Shown one piece after another: positions 41,448 to 51,909 of a stretch of DNA of 64,000 nt. The stretch lies in assembly GCA_963828735.1 (NCBI GenBank), contig CAWHFW010000005.1:768001-832000 (forward strand). The letters run 5' to 3'. This DNA is from an uncultured Gemmatimonadales bacterium (lineage in GTDB: Bacteria > Gemmatimonadota > Gemmatimonadetes > Gemmatimonadales > GWC2-71-9). The position numbers and the translations under genes are program-made. The first letter of the stretch is position 1, and the number at the start of each line of letters is the position of its first letter. A model generated the notes under the pieces. It made no database searches. It was not told the DNA's origin and worked only from the letters and a program-made list of their open reading frames with translations.

Positions 41448-41485
41448 TTTACCCGTCTGTTACACGTCCGCCGACGTTCCGTGAC
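41448..41485. promoter_or_regulatory. Candidate Pho box upstream of the porin-pstS operon
   Basis: TTTAC 41448, GTTAC 41459, GTGAC 41481 (11-bp phase); TTACnCGTC repeated twice. Confidence 0.5.
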
Positions 41486-41575
41486 CGGCGCGGGGCTGTT
41501 TTGGCGGCGCAGAGCGCGACGTCGGCGCTCTTGCAGTGACGGCGTGGTGCAACCGACCCCTACCACGAGGTGCAG

Positions 41576-42634
41576 ATGCGGTCCGCTCTCAAGCTCGCCG
41601 GTTTCCTCGTCATGCTCGGCTCCTTCGCCGGCGCGGGTACCGCCGCAGCCCAGGGCACCCCCCCGCCGACGCCGAGCGTCACCGTCGGCGGCGTGGTCTA
41701 CGCGCAGTACCTTTACCAGCTCAAGGACACCGCCAACCACGTCAACAGCTTCGACATCACCCGCTCGTACATCAACGTCATCGGCAAGTTCCCCAGCGGC
41801 CTCGCCACCCGCGTCACCGCCGACATCTACCGCAACACCGACGCCTCCCTCGCCTTCCGCCTCAAGTACGCGTACGCCGCATTCACCCCCGAGGGCAGCG
41901 CGCTGACCTTCAAGCTGGGTGAGATCCACACCCCGTGGCTCGACTGGGAAGAGGCCCTTTGGGACTATCGCATGCAGGGCCAGATGGCGATGGAGCGCGC
42001 CGGGTACCTCTCGAGCTCCGACTTCGGCGCCGGCGTGGACGGCAACTGGAAGAAGGACTTCGTCAACATGCAGGTCGGCATCTACAACGGCGAGAACTAC
42101 AACCACGGCCCCGGCGATCAGCGCAAGGACGCCATGGGCCGCGTGTCGGTGCGGCTGCTCCAGACCGATGACGGCACCCGCGTGGGCGGTCTCCGGGCGA
42201 CGGCTTACGGGCAGGTCGGCAAACCGACGGGCGGCGGCATCCGCGACCGCTGGATCGGCATGCTGTCCTACAGAAGCAAGCTCTTCACGCTCGCTGGGGA
42301 ATACGCGCGCACCAAGGACCGGCAGGACGCGCCCGCCGCGCCCGCGACACCGACCGCCGAGGTCGAGGGCGAGATCCTGAGCTTCTTCGGCACCCTGAAG
42401 ATCCCGAACACCCGCGCCGCGATCATCGGTCGCGTGGACCTGACCGATCCGGACAAGGACGTCTCGGACAACCGCCTGACGCGTTACATCGCGGGCGCGT
42501 CGTACCAGCTGACGCCGGCGCTTCGCCTGCTGGCGGACGTGGACAACCTCGCCTTCGAGGGCGACGCCCCGATCGCCCCGGCCCTCTACGCCACCAAGAC
42601 GCAGGGGCTGTTCCAGATTCAGTTCGTCTTCTAA
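41576..42634 (+). CDS. Outer-membrane porin, probably phosphate-regulated (OprO/P-like)
   Basis: Signal peptide, FRLKYAYA, amphipathic beta strands, C-terminal QIQFVF; first gene of the pst cluster. Confidence 0.7.
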   Translation: MRSALKLAGFLVMLGSFAGAGTAAAQGTPPPTPSVTVGGVVYAQYLYQLKDTANHVNSFDITRSYINVIGKFPSGLATRVTADIYRNTDASLAFRLKYAYAAFTPEGSALTFKLGEIHTPWLDWEEALWDYRMQGQMAMERAGYLSSSDFGAGVDGNWKKDFVNMQVGIYNGENYNHGPGDQRKDAMGRVSVRLLQTDDGTRVGGLRATAYGQVGKPTGGGIRDRWIGMLSYRSKLFTLAGEYARTKDRQDAPAAPATPTAEVEGEILSFFGTLKIPNTRAAIIGRVDLTDPDKDVSDNRLTRYIAGASYQLTPALRLLADVDNLAFEGDAPIAPALYATKTQGLFQIQFVF

Positions 42635-42661
42635 CCGACAGCTCTAACCGTGAGGGAATCC

Positions 42662-43717
42662 ATGCGCAGTCTCCTGCACCGCGGCGGCCTCACCCTGGGC
42701 CTGACCTCGCTCGTCCTCGCCGGCCCGGCGGCCGCGCAGACGAGCCTCACCGGGGCGGGGGCCACGTTCCCCAACCCGATCTACACGAAGTGGTTCGACG
42801 CGTACAACAAGAAGACCGGCGTCCAGATCAACTATCAGTCCATCGGCTCGGGTGGCGGCATCCGCCAGTTCACCGAGGGCACGGTGGACTTCGGCGCCTC
42901 CGACGGGCCGATGAACGACGAGCAGATCGAGGCCGCGAAGGGCAACGTGCTCCACGTGCCGACCGTGATGGGTGCCGTCGTGCTCACCTACAACCTCCCA
43001 GAGGTCGGGACGACCAAGCTGCGCTTCGATGGCGCGACGATCGCGGGGATCTTTCAGGGCACGATCACCAAGTGGAACGACAAGGCGATCGCGAAGCTCA
43101 ACCCCGGCGTGAAGCTACCGGACAGCGACATCATCGTCGTGCACCGCTCGGACGGCTCCGGCACGAGCTACATCTTCAGCGACTTCCTCTCCAAGGTCTC
43201 GCTCGACTGGAAGGACAAGGTCGGGAAGGCGACGTCGGTCAACTGGCCCGTGGGGCTCGGCGGCAAGGGCAACGAGGGCGTCACCCAGCAGGTGAAGCAG
43301 ACCGAGGGCTCGATCGGCTATGTCGAGCTGATCTACGCGCTCTCGAACCAGCTTCCCTACGCCACGGTCAAGAACGCGGCGGGTGAGTTCGTCGACGCCT
43401 CTCTGGAATCGGTCACCGCCGCCGCGGCGAGCGCCAAGTTCGAGAAGAACACCGATTTCCGGGTCTCGATCACCAACGCCCCGGGCAAGGGTGCTTATCC
43501 TATCTCGTCGTTCACCTGGCTGCTGGTGCACCCGGACATGGCCGATGCGGGGAAGGCCAAGGCCCTCCGCGATTTCCTCAAGTGGATGATCACGCCCGAC
43601 GCCCAGCAGATGGCCGGGGAGCTCAAGTACGCCCCGCTGCCGAAGGAAGTGGTGCAGCTGATCGACGCGCGGCTCCCGACGCTCAAGGCCAACGGGAAGA
43701 CCATCGCGAGCGAGTAG
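42662..43717 (+). CDS. pstS: Phosphate ABC transporter binding protein (soluble, AxA signal peptide)
   Basis: GAGATFP, YQSIGSGGG, DFGASD, RSDGSGTS, GGKGNEGV. Confidence 0.95.
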   Translation: MRSLLHRGGLTLGLTSLVLAGPAAAQTSLTGAGATFPNPIYTKWFDAYNKKTGVQINYQSIGSGGGIRQFTEGTVDFGASDGPMNDEQIEAAKGNVLHVPTVMGAVVLTYNLPEVGTTKLRFDGATIAGIFQGTITKWNDKAIAKLNPGVKLPDSDIIVVHRSDGSGTSYIFSDFLSKVSLDWKDKVGKATSVNWPVGLGGKGNEGVTQQVKQTEGSIGYVELIYALSNQLPYATVKNAAGEFVDASLESVTAAAASAKFEKNTDFRVSITNAPGKGAYPISSFTWLLVHPDMADAGKAKALRDFLKWMITPDAQQMAGELKYAPLPKEVVQLIDARLPTLKANGKTIASE

Positions 43718-43741
43718 GCCGGTCCACCGACGAAGGACGGG

Positions 43742-43774
43742 ACAGCCGGCATCGTATTTCGTGCCGGCTGTTTC
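43742..43774 (+). terminator. Stem-loop after pstS1 (terminator or mRNA stabiliser)
   Basis: ACAGCCGGCA-N10-TGCCGGCTGT followed by TTC. Confidence 0.6.
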
Positions 43775-43834
43775 AGGTCGGCTCCTGACGGTGCTAGCTT
43801 CCCAGCGAGGACCACCCGCGGCGAGGAGGGGACC

Positions 43835-44878
43835 GTGTTCCGTTCCGCATGGCGCTGGCTCCTGGTGATGGCGCTCGCCGGTGTCGGCTGCTCTTCAGGG
43901 GAGCGGTCCCCCTCCGCCGGCGCCCGCGCCGCGCCGATCACGGGCGCCGGCGCCACCTTCCCCAATCCCATCTACTCGAAGTGGTTCGACGCCTACGCCA
44001 AGGAGGCCGGCGTTCGCATCAATTATCAGTCCATCGGCTCCGGCGGCGGCATCCGTCAGTTCACCGAGGGCACGGTGGATTTCGGCGCGACCGACGGCCC
44101 GATGACCGACCAGCAGATCGCCGCCGTCCACGGCGACGTGCTCCATGTCCCGACGGTGCTTGGCGCGGTGGTCGCGACCTACAACCTGCCCGGCCTCGGC
44201 AAGCAGGCGCTGCGGTTCGACGGCCCGACGCTCGCCGACATCTTCCTCGGCCGTATCACCCACTGGAACGACCCGCGGATCCAGGCCCTCAATCCCGGCG
44301 TCTCCCTGCCCGCGACCGACATCCTCGTGGTGCACCGCTCGGACGGCTCCGGGACGAGCTTCATCTTCACCGATTTCCTCTCCAAGGTGTCGCCCGAGTG
44401 GAAGTCCAAGGTCGGGCACGCGACGTCGGTCGAGTGGCCGGTCGGCCTCGGCGGCAAGGGCAACGAGGGGGTGACCCAGCAGGTCAAGCAGTCCGAGGGC
44501 GCGATCGGTTACGTCGAGCTCATCTACGCGCTCTCGAACGGTTTGCCGGCCGCCGAGATGCGGAACGCGGCCGGCCAGTTCATCGTGCCGACGCTCAAGG
44601 GGGTGAGCGCGGCGGCGAGCGGCGTCGACTTCCCGCCGACGACGGACTACCGGGTGTCGATTACCGATGCACCCGGCGCCGACGCCTACCCCATCGCGTC
44701 CTTCACCTGGCTGCTCATCCACACCCGGGACACGACATCGGAGAAGCAGCGCGCGATCCGCGGCTTCCTGCGGTGGATGCTGGAACCGGAAGCCCAGCGT
44801 ATGGCCGCGGATCTCCACTACGCCCCGCTCCCGGTCAAGGTCATCGAGTCCGTGCGAAGCCGACTCGGGGCCTCGTGA
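43835..44878 (+). CDS. pstS: Second phosphate-binding protein (lipoprotein form)
   Basis: Same motifs as pstS1; N-terminal LAGVGC lipobox-like signal. Confidence 0.92.
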   Translation: MFRSAWRWLLVMALAGVGCSSGERSPSAGARAAPITGAGATFPNPIYSKWFDAYAKEAGVRINYQSIGSGGGIRQFTEGTVDFGATDGPMTDQQIAAVHGDVLHVPTVLGAVVATYNLPGLGKQALRFDGPTLADIFLGRITHWNDPRIQALNPGVSLPATDILVVHRSDGSGTSFIFTDFLSKVSPEWKSKVGHATSVEWPVGLGGKGNEGVTQQVKQSEGAIGYVELIYALSNGLPAAEMRNAAGQFIVPTLKGVSAAASGVDFPPTTDYRVSITDAPGADAYPIASFTWLLIHTRDTTSEKQRAIRGFLRWMLEPEAQRMAADLHYAPLPVKVIESVRSRLGAS

Positions 44879-44928
44879 CCGATCCGTTACAAAGACGTGA
44901 CGGCCCTCCCGGGCGGTTCGGGTAAACT
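44875..44928. promoter_or_regulatory. Candidate Pho box plus -10 upstream of pstC
   Basis: GTGAC 44875, GTTAC 44886, GTGAC 44897 (exact 11-bp period); TAAACT at 44923, 6 nt before the ATG. Confidence 0.55.
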
Positions 44929-44934
44929 CCCCGC

Positions 44935-45924
44935 ATGACCGCGCTCACCGATCGCGACCTCGCCCCGCCAGCGACGCCCGACCGGCCGTCGCTCGAGCGT
45001 AGCAGCTACAGCGACAAGGTGTTCAAGGGCCTGCTCACCCTCGGCGCGCTGAGCATTCCGGTGCTGCTCGGCTTCCTGGTGCTGGAGCTCTTTAAGGGCG
45101 CGCGGCTCGCCATGGGCAAGTTCGGCCTCCACTTCGTCACCACGAGCGTCTGGGATCCGGTCGGCGAGCAGTTCGGCGCCTTTCCGCTGATTTTCGGGAC
45201 GCTGGTCTCATCCCTCGTGGCCCTCGTCATCGCGGTCCCCCTGTCGCTCGGGGTGGCGATCTACCTGACGGAGTTCGCGCCCAAGCCGCTGCGCCAGCCG
45301 ATCGCCTTCCTCATCAGTCTCCTGGCCGCGATTCCGAGCGTGGTCTACGGGCTCTGGGGCATCTTCGTGCTGATCCCCGCCCTCCGCAAAACGGCGTTCC
45401 CGCTGCTCCGCGAGGTGTTCGGCTTCCTTCCGCTGTTCCAGGGTCCGATCTACGGCCCGTCCATGCTGGCCGCCGGCATCATCCTCTCGATCATGGTGAT
45501 GCCGTTCATCATGTCGGTTTCGCGCGAAGTGTTGATGGCGGTGCCGAACACGCAGCGTGAGGCGTCGCTCGCGCTCGGGGCCACGCGGTGGGAAGCCGTG
45601 ATCACGACGGTGGTCCCTTACGCGCGCTCGGGCATCATCGGGGCGATCATCCTCGGCCTCGGCCGCGCCCTGGGCGAGACGATGGCGGTCACGATGCTGA
45701 TCGGCAACCGCCACGAGGTCGCCGCGTCGCTGTTCGCGCCGGGTTATACCATGGCCGCCGCCATCGCGAACGAATTCTCCGAGGCGGTGGGGGACATGCA
45801 CCTGTCAGCGCTCGCCTACGTGGCCTTCCTCCTGTTCGTGGTGACCGTCCTGGTCAACGCGGGCGCGCGGCTGCTCATCTGGCGCGTGGCACGAGGGTCG
45901 GCGGCCGGAGCGAAGGCGCTGTGA
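44935..45924 (+). CDS. pstC: Phosphate ABC permease PstC
   Basis: LAAIPSVVYGLWG, ALGATRWE, LGRALGETMAV. Confidence 0.95.
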   Translation: MTALTDRDLAPPATPDRPSLERSSYSDKVFKGLLTLGALSIPVLLGFLVLELFKGARLAMGKFGLHFVTTSVWDPVGEQFGAFPLIFGTLVSSLVALVIAVPLSLGVAIYLTEFAPKPLRQPIAFLISLLAAIPSVVYGLWGIFVLIPALRKTAFPLLREVFGFLPLFQGPIYGPSMLAAGIILSIMVMPFIMSVSREVLMAVPNTQREASLALGATRWEAVITTVVPYARSGIIGAIILGLGRALGETMAVTMLIGNRHEVAASLFAPGYTMAAAIANEFSEAVGDMHLSALAYVAFLLFVVTVLVNAGARLLIWRVARGSAAGAKAL

Positions 45925-45937
45925 AGCGGACGTCGGC

Positions 45938-46783
45938 ATGAACCGGCGGATGCTCCGGCGCTGGTTCAGCAACGGGATGGTGGGGCTCATGGTGGGCGCC
46001 GTCATCGTGGCGCTGCTGCCGCTGATCTTCATCCTCGTCAACCTGCTCCTCAAGGGCGCCGGCAGCCTCTCGCTCGACTTCTTCACCAAGACGCCCGCGC
46101 CCGCGGGCGAGAGCGGCGGGGGAGTCGTGCATGCGATCGTCGGCACGTTGATCATCGTCGGGATGGCGAGCCTGATCGGCCTGCCGATCGGGGTCGCGGC
46201 GGGCATCTATTGCGCGGAGTACCCGACCAGCCGCCTCACCTGGGTCACCCGTTTCGTGGCGGACGTGCTGAACGGCACGCCGTCGATCGTGGTCGGCGTA
46301 TTCGCGTGGGCCTGGATCGTGGCGACACAGAAACACTTCTCGGCCCTGGCCGGGAGTGCGGCGCTCGCGATGCTCATGATCCCGATGGTGCTTCGCACCA
46401 CCGAGGAGATGATCAAGCTGGTGCCCAACTCGCTGCGCGAGGCGGCCCTGGCCCTCGGGTACCCGCGCTGGCGCACCAGCCTCGGCGTCGTCGTGCGCAC
46501 CACGCTGCCGGGCATCGTGACGGGAAGCCTGCTCGCGGTCGCCCGCGTTGCGGGCGAAACGGCGCCGCTTCTCTTCACCGCGCTCGGCAGCCAGTATCTG
46601 AGCTACAAGCTGAACCAGCCGATGGCAGCCCTGCCGCTGACGGTGTTCACCTATGCGACCGGGCCCTACGAGGAGTGGCACCGGTACGCCTGGGCCTCGG
46701 CGCTGGTCCTGATTCTCGTGGTGTTCGTGCTGAGCCTGGGTGCGCGGCTCGCGATCCGCCGGAGTTTCGACTTCAATGGGTGA
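45938..46783 (+). CDS. pstA: Phosphate ABC permease PstA
   Basis: [24 protein letters not shown]. Confidence 0.95.
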   Translation: MNRRMLRRWFSNGMVGLMVGAVIVALLPLIFILVNLLLKGAGSLSLDFFTKTPAPAGESGGGVVHAIVGTLIIVGMASLIGLPIGVAAGIYCAEYPTSRLTWVTRFVADVLNGTPSIVVGVFAWAWIVATQKHFSALAGSAALAMLMIPMVLRTTEEMIKLVPNSLREAALALGYPRWRTSLGVVVRTTLPGIVTGSLLAVARVAGETAPLLFTALGSQYLSYKLNQPMAALPLTVFTYATGPYEEWHRYAWASALVLILVVFVLSLGARLAIRRSFDFNG

Positions 46784-47603
46784 GCCCGCGCTGCGCACCG
46801 CCCCACCCGTCCCGCGAGCTCCCGCGCCAGGGCAGGATGCGCTGACGCGCGTGCGCGTCGAGACGGACAAGCTCACCGCCATGTACGGCAAGTTCACCGC
46901 GGTGAAGGGCGTGTCGCTGGGGTTCGCGGCCAATCGCGTGCATGCCCTGATCGGGCCGTCGGGGTGCGGGAAGTCCACCTTTCTCCGCACGCTCAACCGG
47001 ATGCACGAGTTGTCGGATCACGGCTGGATCACGGGCCGCGTGCTGCTCGATGGCGAAGACATCTACGCCCCGCGCGTCAACGCGATGCAGCTCCGGCGCC
47101 GGATCGGGATGGTCTTCCAGCGGCCGACGCCGTTCCCCACCATGTCGATCTACGACAACGTGGCGGCGGGCCTGCGGGTGCACGCCCGGCGGCCCAGGGC
47201 GGAGCTCGATGCGGTGGTCGAGCGGTCGCTCCGGCAGGCGGCCCTCTGGGACGAGGTCAAGGACCGGCTTCGAGCCAGCGCGATGGCGCTGTCGGGTGGG
47301 CAGCAGCAGCGGCTCTGCATCGCGCGGACGATCGCGCCGACGCCGGACGTGGTCCTGCTGGACGAGCCCACGTCGTCGCTCGATCCCCAGGGCACGCAGC
47401 GGATCGAGGAGCTGCTCTTCGAGCTGAAGCAGGAGTTCACCATCATCATCGTGACCCACAACATGCAGCAGGCCGCCCGCGTGTCTGACACCACGACCTT
47501 CTTCTACCTCGGCACGATGGTCGAGTCGGGCAACACCCGCCAGATCTTCACGGCGCCGAAGAACGAGCAGACCGAGGCGTACATCACCGGGAGGTTCGGA
47601 TGA
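46776..47603 (+). CDS. pstB: Phosphate ABC ATPase PstB (copy 1)
   Basis: [37 protein letters not shown]. Confidence 0.95.
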   Translation: MGEPALRTAPPVPRAPAPGQDALTRVRVETDKLTAMYGKFTAVKGVSLGFAANRVHALIGPSGCGKSTFLRTLNRMHELSDHGWITGRVLLDGEDIYAPRVNAMQLRRRIGMVFQRPTPFPTMSIYDNVAAGLRVHARRPRAELDAVVERSLRQAALWDEVKDRLRASAMALSGGQQQRLCIARTIAPTPDVVLLDEPTSSLDPQGTQRIEELLFELKQEFTIIIVTHNMQQAARVSDTTTFFYLGTMVESGNTRQIFTAPKNEQTEAYITGRFG

Positions 47604-48454
47604 CCAGCACCGCCCCCGCACGAGCGCAGCCGGGCTTCGTCCCCGTCCCGCGCGCGACGCTGGCGCCGCGGCCGCCGGCGCCGACGCCGGAGCAGCGCGG
47701 CTCCCCGGCCGTGGATGTCCGGAACTTCAGCTTCGCCTACGGCAGTCGGCAGATCCTCCGCGACCTGACGTTCGAGATCGAGCGTAAGTCGGTCACGGCG
47801 ATCATCGGCCCGTCGGGCTGCGGGAAGTCCACGTTCCTCCGGTCGATCAACCGGCTCAACGACCTGATCCCCGGCATCCGTCACGAGGGCGACATCCTGG
47901 TCGAAGGCACGTCCGTCTTCTCGCCGAGCACCGACCTGGTGGCGCTCCGGCAGAAGGTGGGCATGGTGTTCCAGCAGCCCAATCCGTTCCCGAAGTCGGT
48001 GTTCGACAACGTGGCGTACGGCCCCGCGCTCAACCGGCTCGTGCCCCGGCGCGACCTGCCCGACGTGGTGGAGAAGTGTCTGCGTCAGGCCGCGCTTTGG
48101 GACGAGGTGAAGGATCGCCTGGATGAGGGCGGCACCGGGCTCTCCGGCGGCCAGCAGCAGCGGCTCTGCATCGCGCGGGCGCTCGGCAACCAGCCCGAGG
48201 TCCTGCTGATGGACGAGCCGTGCTCGGCGCTGGATCCCGTCGCCACCCAGCGGGTCGAGGAGTTGATCTTCGAGCTGAAGAAGGACTACACGATCGTCAT
48301 CGTGACCCACAACATGCAGCAGGCGGCGCGCGTGTCGGACTACACGGGCTTCTTCGACCGCGGCGAGCTCGTCGAGTTCGGCGAGACCGAGCGGATCTTC
48401 ACGAAGCCGGCCAGCGAGCGCACGGAAGCCTACATCACCGGGAGATTCGGATGA
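47600..48454 (+). CDS. pstB: Phosphate ABC ATPase PstB (copy 2)
   Basis: [33 protein letters not shown]. Confidence 0.95.
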   Translation: MTSTAPARAQPGFVPVPRATLAPRPPAPTPEQRGSPAVDVRNFSFAYGSRQILRDLTFEIERKSVTAIIGPSGCGKSTFLRSINRLNDLIPGIRHEGDILVEGTSVFSPSTDLVALRQKVGMVFQQPNPFPKSVFDNVAYGPALNRLVPRRDLPDVVEKCLRQAALWDEVKDRLDEGGTGLSGGQQQRLCIARALGNQPEVLLMDEPCSALDPVATQRVEELIFELKKDYTIVIVTHNMQQAARVSDYTGFFDRGELVEFGETERIFTKPASERTEAYITGRFG

Positions 48455-49170
48455 GCCTCGACGTCCATCGCCACTTCCACGACGAGCTGAGCCACGTCAA
48501 GGTGCGCCTGCTCACGATGTCGGGCGAGGCGGAGGCGGCGCTCGGCCTCTCGGTGGACGCACTCCTCGAGCGCGACGAAGAGAAGGCCCGACGCGTCATC
48601 GCCGGCGACCGGGTCATCGACAGCATGGAGGTCGAGATCGAGGAGCAGTGCATCAACCTCCTCGCCCTCCAGCAGCCGATGGCACGAGACCTCCGCATGC
48701 TCACCTCGGCGCTCAAGATCGCCAACGACCTCGAGCGCGTGGGCGACCACGCGGTTAACATTGCTCAGAGCGCCGAGCGGCTTTCGCAGGCCCGCCCGAT
48801 CGCGCCCGAGCCCGAGATCATCGAGATGGCCCGGCTGGCCCGGGACATGCTGTCGGACGCCCTGGAGGCATTCATCCGGGGTGATGCCGCCGCAGGCCGC
48901 GAGGTCTGCTTGCGGGACGACAAGGTGGATGCGCTGCACCGCTCCGTCTTCCGTATCCTGCTGACGCACATGATGGAGGACCCGCACATGATCGGCGCGG
49001 GCATGGAGCTCTTCCTGGTGAGCCGGAACCTCGAGCGCGTGGCCGACCTCGCCACCAACATCGGCGAGGACGTGGTCTTCCTCGTGGAAGGGAAGTCCAT
49101 CAAGCACCACGCCGAGGACGGCGGCGACGCGCGCCCGTCCGGCGTGTATCCGGCGGCGACGGGCGCGTGA
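48451..49170 (+). CDS. phoU: Phosphate signalling protein PhoU
   Basis: [38 protein letters not shown]. Confidence 0.95.
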   Translation: MSLDVHRHFHDELSHVKVRLLTMSGEAEAALGLSVDALLERDEEKARRVIAGDRVIDSMEVEIEEQCINLLALQQPMARDLRMLTSALKIANDLERVGDHAVNIAQSAERLSQARPIAPEPEIIEMARLARDMLSDALEAFIRGDAAAGREVCLRDDKVDALHRSVFRILLTHMMEDPHMIGAGMELFLVSRNLERVADLATNIGEDVVFLVEGKSIKHHAEDGGDARPSGVYPAATGA

Positions 49171-50753
49171 TCGCGCGGCCCGCCGCGAAGGCTCCCCCGC
49201 CGGAGGCGCCGGCCACCCGCGACCGCATCGCCGCCATCGACGTTGGCTCCAATTCGGTCCGGCTTCTCGTCGCCGAGTACGACCCCGCCTCGGGCCTCTC
49301 CATCATCGATGAAATGAAGGATCAGCCCCGCCTGGCGGCGGGGCTCGCCGCCACCGGCTGCCTCGACGAGCGGGCCATCGAGCGCGCGCTCCAGACGCTG
49401 GCCCGCATGCGCGAGGTGTGCCAGCGCCGCGGCGTGAAGCGCATCTCGGCCGTGGCCACGGCCGCGGTGCGTGAGGCGGAAAACGGACCGTGGTTCGTCC
49501 GACGGGTCCGGCAGGAGCTCGACATCCCGCTCCGGATCATCGATGCGGAGACCGAGGCCGCGCTGTCGTACCGCTCCGTGGCGCACCACTTTCGGCTGGC
49601 CGGCGAGCGGACCCTGGTCGCGGACATCGGCGGTGGCAGCCTCGAGCTCATCGGCGCGGTGGACGGGCTGGTCGAGCTGACCATATCGCTGCCCCTCGGA
49701 GCCGTAAGGCTCACCGAGCTCCACCTGCCCGGCGACCGCGCCGCGCACAAGGAGATCGAGCAGCTCCGTGAGCACATCCGGAAACAGCTCAAGCGCGGCC
49801 TCTCCGGTCGCGAATGGGCCGCGGCCACGATCATCGGCTCCGGCGGCACGTTCACCAGCCTCGGCCGGATGGTGCATGCGCGGCGCGGCCAGCCTGCCGG
49901 GGACACTGTCCACGGCGTGGCCGTCACCGCCGCCGAGATCGAGCAGCTCATCGACTGGCTCGCCAGCCGGACGCCCGAGCAGCGCCGTGAGGTGCCTGGG
50001 CTCAATCCCGAGCGCGGGGACATCATCCTCGCTGGGCTCGCGGTCACGGCCGAGCTGCTCGACTGGGTCCGGTCGCGCTCGCTCACCGTGAGCGCGTTCG
50101 GCCTGCGCGAGGGGCTGCTGCTCGAGATGGCGGGCGCGAAGGAGATCGCCGCGGCGGATCCGCTGCGCCTGTTCCGGGAGTTCGCCGAGCGCTGCCAGTG
50201 CGATCGGCGCCATGTCGAGCAGGTGCGCTACCTGGCGCTCCTGCTCTTCGACCAGCTCGGCGGGGAGCTCGGCTGCGAGCCCGAGGAGCGGCTCCTGCTG
50301 GAGGCCGCGGGGCTGCTCCACGACGTCGGCCAGCTCGTGAGCTACCGCAAGCATCACAAGCACAGCTACCAGCTCATCATGCACGCGGACCGGCTGGGCC
50401 TCGCCCCGCGCGAGCGCGGCCTGGTCGCCCTGATCAGCCGATACCACCGGCAGACAGGTCCCCGGAAGAAGCACGAGGAATTCGCGGCGCTCCCGGCGGC
50501 GGATCAGGCCGTGGTTCGGCGACTGAGTGCGATTCTCCGCGTGGCCGACGGGCTCGACCGCGGCCATACCGCGGCGGTCGAAACCGTGGCCACCGAGCTC
50601 GGCGCCAGCGCGCTGACAGTGCGAATCGCCCCACGGCTCAAGGGGGCGGACCTGGGACTCGAGTGCTGGGGCGCTTCCCGGAAGGCGGACGTGCTGGCCA
50701 AGCTCCTCGAGCGTGACGTCGAGATCGTCGCCGAGGTGCCCACCGGAGCGTAA
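49167..50753 (+). CDS. ppx: Exopolyphosphatase Ppx/GppA with HD domain
   Basis: AAIDVGSNS, DIGGGSLE, GLREG, LLHDVG, HHKHSY. Confidence 0.9.
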   Translation: MIARPAAKAPPPEAPATRDRIAAIDVGSNSVRLLVAEYDPASGLSIIDEMKDQPRLAAGLAATGCLDERAIERALQTLARMREVCQRRGVKRISAVATAAVREAENGPWFVRRVRQELDIPLRIIDAETEAALSYRSVAHHFRLAGERTLVADIGGGSLELIGAVDGLVELTISLPLGAVRLTELHLPGDRAAHKEIEQLREHIRKQLKRGLSGREWAAATIIGSGGTFTSLGRMVHARRGQPAGDTVHGVAVTAAEIEQLIDWLASRTPEQRREVPGLNPERGDIILAGLAVTAELLDWVRSRSLTVSAFGLREGLLLEMAGAKEIAAADPLRLFREFAERCQCDRRHVEQVRYLALLLFDQLGGELGCEPEERLLLEAAGLLHDVGQLVSYRKHHKHSYQLIMHADRLGLAPRERGLVALISRYHRQTGPRKKHEEFAALPAADQAVVRRLSAILRVADGLDRGHTAAVETVATELGASALTVRIAPRLKGADLGLECWGASRKADVLAKLLERDVEIVAEVPTGA

Positions 50754-50828
50754 AGGGGTAACCTGCCCGTCCGATCGGGGTTAGTATAACCGGAACGCGT
50801 CGAGCGTCCGACGCCCCCGGAGGCGAGC

Positions 50829-51861
50829 ATGACCTCCCGTCACGGCGATACCCTTCCCGTCGCCGACATTTCAATCCTCTGGATCACGGCCGGTCTGGGC
50901 TGCGACGGCGACACCATCGCCATGACCGCGGCCACGCAGCCGAGCATCGAGGACCTCGTCTCCGGCGCCCTTCCCTGGACCCCGAACGTCAAGCTGCTAC
51001 AATCCGTTCCTGTCTCCCGAAAACGGCGACGAGTTCGTCCGCTTCTTCCATCGGGGCGCCGCGGGCGAGCTCGATCCCTTCATCCTGGTGGTCGAGGGCT
51101 CCATTCCCGACGAGACCAACAAGGCCGAAGGCTACTGGGCATCGTTCGGCACCGATCCCGCGACCGGCCAGCCGATCACCACCTGCGAATGGATCGATCG
51201 GCTGGCGCCCAAGGCGTGGGCCGTGATCGCGGCCGGGACCTGCGCCACCTACGGCGGCATCCATGCCATGGAGGGCAATCCCACCGGCTGCATGGGCCTG
51301 CCCGATTACCTCGGCTGGGAGTGGCGATCGGCGAGCGGACATCCCGCATCGTCTGCGTGCCGGGCTGTCCGGTGCAGCCGGACAACATGACCGAGACGCT
51401 GCTCTACCTGCTCCACATGGCCGCCGGGCGCGCGCCGATGATTCCGCTCGACGACGCGCTGCGTCCGACGCTGGCTGTTCGAGCAGACGGTGCACGAAGG
51501 ATGCGATCGCGGCGGCTACTACGAGCAGGCGCCAGTTCGCCGAGGAATACGGATCGCCGCTCGTGCATCGTGAAGCTGGGCTGCTGGGGACCGGTGGTGC
51601 AGTGCAACGTCGGCAAGCGCGGCTGGATGGGCGGCATCGGCGGCTGCCCGAACGTCGGCGGCATCTGCATCGGCTGCACCATGCCCGGCTTTCCCGACAA
51701 GTTCATGCCGTTCATGGATCAGCCGCCGGGCTCGCTGCTCTCGTCCGCCGCGGTCATGACCTACGGACGGGCGATTCACGCCCTGCGCCGGTTCACGCAG
51801 GCGTCGCTCAACAAGGAGCCCGGCTCGCGGCGCGGCCGCGAGGCCGGCGGCACGCGAGTAA
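50829..51861 (+). CDS. Extra group 1h-type [NiFe]-hydrogenase small-subunit paralog (frameshifted; 3' end uncertain)
   Basis: WITAGLGCDGD, VEGSIP, GTCATYGGI, PGCP, VHEGCDR, CIVKLGCWGP, CPNVGGICIGCTMPGFPD across frames; GAGG RBS. Confidence 0.85.
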
Positions 51862-51909
51862 TAGCCGGCGGCTCGCGAGACCGGAGCCCGCCGGAAGCGT
51901 GCAGACACG

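Noticed and set aside
41300..41484. AGGAGG followed by a 35-codon GTG ORF and local hairpins upstream of the porin
   Set aside because: SD abuts the start codon, peptide is uninformative and overlaps the candidate Pho box; no support for a small protein or ncRNA
46776..48454. Duplicated pstB as a novelty
   Set aside because: Tandem pstB pairs are common in many bacteria
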